In this document: piece after piece, positions 55,285 to 58,122 of the stretch
How positions within the stretch are numbered: the first letter of the stretch is position 1
How the letters are laid out: each line of letters begins with the position of its first letter
NCBI GenBank assembly: GCA_047514485.1
Contig: JAKZYK010000057.1
Coordinates: forward strand, 1-58,122
Source: Gammaproteobacteria bacterium
Lineage (GTDB): Bacteria > Pseudomonadota > Gammaproteobacteria > HK1
Reading direction: 5' to 3'
DNA length: 58,122 nt
Translations under genes and position numbers: made by a program
The notes under the pieces: model-generated
Databases searched by the model: none
What the model was told of the DNA's origin: nothing
The model's input: only the letters and a program-made list of their open reading frames with translations

Positions 55285-55755
55285 TCACCTATGGCATACC
55301 GGACCCGATCCGGTGAACTCGCGCGCCCACCGGATCCATTCGCGAAGCTCGCGGTCGTACCCTGCCAGTGACGGCTCGCCTTCCCGGGTGAGAGAGCGGA
55401 TCAGATAGCCGATACCGTGGGGTTCGATCGGAGGCGGCAGCCGGGCGAGCGCGCGCTCGATCAGCGCACGAGCCGCGTCGGTCTCGTTACGGCGCACGTG
55501 AAGTCGGATGAGCAGGCGTAGCGCCTCGAAGTGATCCTCGTCGGCCGAGATCGAACGCGTCGCGAACTCGAACGCCGTGTCGTCGTCGCCGAGCCGCTCG
55601 TGGCAGAGCCCGAGGACATGGAGTGTGTTGGGGTTCTCGCCGACATGCCCGAGCAGCTCGTCGAGATGACGGATCGCGGCACGGTAGTTCTTGAGCCGGA
55701 AGGCATGCGCCGCCTTGCGCTCGAGCCTCGATCTCCGCGAGAGCCAGCCGGGCAT
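55285..55755 (-). CDS. Small TPR-repeat protein
   Basis: TPR-like helices NYRAAIRHLDELL..NPNTLHVLGLCHERLGD, HFEALRLLIRL. Start uncertain (55755 or 55818). Confidence 0.6.
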   Translation of the reverse strand: MPGWLSRRSRLERKAAHAFRLKNYRAAIRHLDELLGHVGENPNTLHVLGLCHERLGDDDTAFEFATRSISADEDHFEALRLLIRLHVRRNETDAARALIERALARLPPPIEPHGIGYLIRSLTREGEPSLAGYDRELREWIRWAREFTGSGPVCHR

Positions 55756-56078
55756 CGTCAGTCGGCGCCTGCGTTCTTCATGCGAGAGCGGGCTCGGACT
55801 CGTCCACGGCCCCGGCATGAATCTGCCCCGTGCCGAGACCCGCTCCGCCGGGAAAAGCAGTGCCGCCACCGTCAATCCGCAACCGCCGCACACTGTCCAT
55901 GGATTCTTCGAATCGTCCGGGGAGACGGATACGGGCTTGATCGAGGCCGATGGTTCCCGGGTAGTATCCGCGATCTCCCGCGCCCGCCGATACTCGTAGT
56001 CACGGCAGAAACGGCTTGCTGTACAGGGGTGCGTAACAATGAACACCCAGCACTCAACCAACACTAAGGAGCAGACTC

Positions 56079-57056
56079 ATGCCCAAGGCGATTCGAATTC
56101 ATCAGACTGGCGGTCCCGATGCGATGCAGTGGGAAGACGTCGAGGTCGGGGCTCCCGGACCGGGTGAAATACGAATCCGGCACGAAGCGGTAGGGCTCAA
56201 CTACATCGACGTCTATTTCCGCACCGGACTCTATCCTGCGCCGTCGCTCCCGTTCTCCCCGGGGATGGAAGGTGCCGGGGTCGTCGAGGCGGTCGGAGAG
56301 GGTGTCGATTCGGTGGCGACCGGAGATCGGGTCGCGTACGCGGCGCCCCCGGTCGGCTCGTATTCGGAACAACGCCTGATGCCGGCCGAGAAGGTCGTCA
56401 AGGTTCCTGCCGGCATCGACTCGCATCAGGCCGCGGGGATGATGCTGCAGGGCATGACGGTCGAGTACCTGTTGCGCCGGACGTATCCCGTACGATCCGG
56501 CGAGACCATTCTGTTCCATGCGGCCGCGGGCGGCGTCGGTCTGATCGCATGCCAGTGGGCGAAGCATCTCGGAGCGACGGTTATCGGCACCGTAGGCAGC
56601 GACGAGAAGGCGGAGCTTGCGCGGGCGCACGGCTGCGATCATCCGATCGTCTATACGCGGGAGAATTTCACCGAGCGGGTCAGGGAGCTGACGGACGGAG
56701 CAGGGGTTCCGGTCGTCTACGACGCGGTCGGGCGCGATACGTTCGAGGGCAGCCTCGACTGCCTCCGCCCCAGAGGGCTGCTCGTGAGCTTTGGTCAGTC
56801 ATCGGGAAAGATCGATCCGTTCGACCTCGGGATTCTGAGCGCCAAGGGCTCGCTCTACGTCACCCGGCCGACGTTGATGACGTATACCGCGAGCCGTGCC
56901 GATCTGGAGACGTCGTCCCAGGCGCTGTTCGATGTCGTTGCCCAGGGGGCTGTGCGCATCACCGTCAATCAGACGTTCCCACTTGCCGAAGCAGCAGCCG
57001 CCCATCGGGCGCTCGAATCGCGGCAGACGACGGGCTCGACGATCCTCATGCCATGA
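56079..57056 (+). CDS. qor: NADPH:quinone oxidoreductase (zeta-crystallin/MDR)
   Basis: GLNYIDVYFRTG, HAAAGGVG, YDAVG, SFGQSSG, GSLYVTRP; SD TAAGGAG. Confidence 0.95.
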   Translation: MPKAIRIHQTGGPDAMQWEDVEVGAPGPGEIRIRHEAVGLNYIDVYFRTGLYPAPSLPFSPGMEGAGVVEAVGEGVDSVATGDRVAYAAPPVGSYSEQRLMPAEKVVKVPAGIDSHQAAGMMLQGMTVEYLLRRTYPVRSGETILFHAAAGGVGLIACQWAKHLGATVIGTVGSDEKAELARAHGCDHPIVYTRENFTERVRELTDGAGVPVVYDAVGRDTFEGSLDCLRPRGLLVSFGQSSGKIDPFDLGILSAKGSLYVTRPTLMTYTASRADLETSSQALFDVVAQGAVRITVNQTFPLAEAAAAHRALESRQTTGSTILMP

Positions 57057-57154
57057 CCTCGGGGAAGTGGTCAAGACGAGCCACGCCGGCGCTGCCGGCG
57101 TGATGAAGCGTCGTGCGATACTCCTCTGATCGGGGAGTGGTGAACGGCGCAATC

Positions 57155-58122
57155 ATGACGATGACGGCTGTGTCACGAGCGCAGACGAACGATGATCTCG
57201 CCTACCAGACCGGCATCCTGCAAGGCGTTTCCCGCACCTTCGCCCTTACCATTCCGCAGCTCCCCGATCCGTTGCGCGACGTCGTAGGCAATGCCTATCT
57301 GCTGTGTCGAATCGCCGACACCATCGAAGACGAGCCGGCGCTGTCCGTGGCGCAGAAGCAAGCGTTCTCGGAGCACTTCGTCGAGGTCGTCGCGGGCCGC
57401 GAGGCGGCGGAGCGTTTCGCGCGGGAGCTTCATCCTCTGCTGTCATGCGCGATGCTCGAAAACGAACATGACCTGATCGCCAACACCGCCAGGGTCGTTC
57501 GCATCACCCACGGATTTCGCGCTCTCCAGCGAGACGCCCTCGAGCGCTGCGTAAGGATCATGTCGCGCGGAATGGCGGAGTTTCAACGAAACGCGACGAT
57601 CGAAGGCCTGGACGATCTCCTCCACCTCGACCGCTATTGCTACCACGTCGCCGGAGTTGTCGGCGAGATGCTCACCGAGCTTTTCTGCGACTACTCGGCC
57701 GAGATCGGCGAACGGAGGGAGGAACTCCTCAGGCTGTCGGTCTCCTTCGGGCAGGGGTTGCAGATGACCAACATCCTCAAGGACGTGTGGGATGACCAGC
57801 GCCGTGGCGCATGCTGGCTCCCGAGGGATGTCTTTCGCTCCGCCGGATTCGAGCTGCGCTCCCTGTCTACCGGGCGGACCGGTCCCGGATTCGTCGAGGG
57901 CCTGCTCGATCTCGTGGCGATTGCCCGCCACCACCTCGCAAACGCGTTACGGTTCACGCTGCTCATTCCCGCTCGCGAGACCGGCATCCGTCGGTTCTGC
58001 CTGTGGGCGTTGGGGATGGCCGTGCTCACCTTGCGCCGTATCCACGCGCACCCGGCGTTCACCGATTCCCGGGAAGTGAAGATCTCGCGGCGCAGCGTGC
58101 GTGCGACCGTCATCGTCACCAA
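57155..58122 (+). CDS. Squalene/phytoene synthase family, squalene-synthase-like (partial, runs off right edge)
   Basis: Not in ORF track. Hand translation: [71 protein letters not shown]. Confidence 0.9.
   Translation, partial: MTMTAVSRAQTNDDLAYQTGILQGVSRTFALTIPQLPDPLRDVVGNAYLLCRIADTIEDEPALSVAQKQAFSEHFVEVVAGREAAERFARELHPLLSCAMLENEHDLIANTARVVRITHGFRALQRDALERCVRIMSRGMAEFQRNATIEGLDDLLHLDRYCYHVAGVVGEMLTELFCDYSAEIGERREELLRLSVSFGQGLQMTNILKDVWDDQRRGACWLPRDVFRSAGFELRSLSTGRTGPGFVEGLLDLVAIARHHLANALRFTLLIPARETGIRRFCLWALGMAVLTLRRIHAHPAFTDSREVKISRRSVRATVIVT

Overview
High-GC (roughly two-thirds G+C by eye) chromosomal segment, most likely from a gammaproteobacterium. That assignment is inferred from the smpB-ratA-rnfH-bamE-recN-nadK / hrcA-grpE-dnaK-dnaJ-dapB-carAB-greA-rlmE-ftsH-glmM gene order. 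About 48 CDS, mostly housekeeping. No rRNA, tRNA, CRISPR, integrase or transposase is visible. The strongest unexplained signal is non-coding: a ~240-nt GGA-rich, terminator-ended element directly downstream of the split class II ribonucleotide reductase (nrdJa-nrdJb) that looks like a CsrB/RsmY-type CsrA-sponge sRNA. The same operon has tandem NrdR boxes, a perfect DnaA box and a structured intercistronic spacer. Other candidates: a cfa-like methyltransferase plus geranylgeranyl-reductase-like pair (possible methyl-branched fatty acid route), a solitary membrane-anchored EHD/dynamin-like NTPase with non-canonical G2/G4 motifs, a single-enzyme-type squalene synthase at the right edge, a MoxR/Bat operon lacking its VWA genes, structured heat-shock leaders and spacers, and several tandem micro-duplications. 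Start codons were chosen by eye and all family calls are by motif recognition, not database search.
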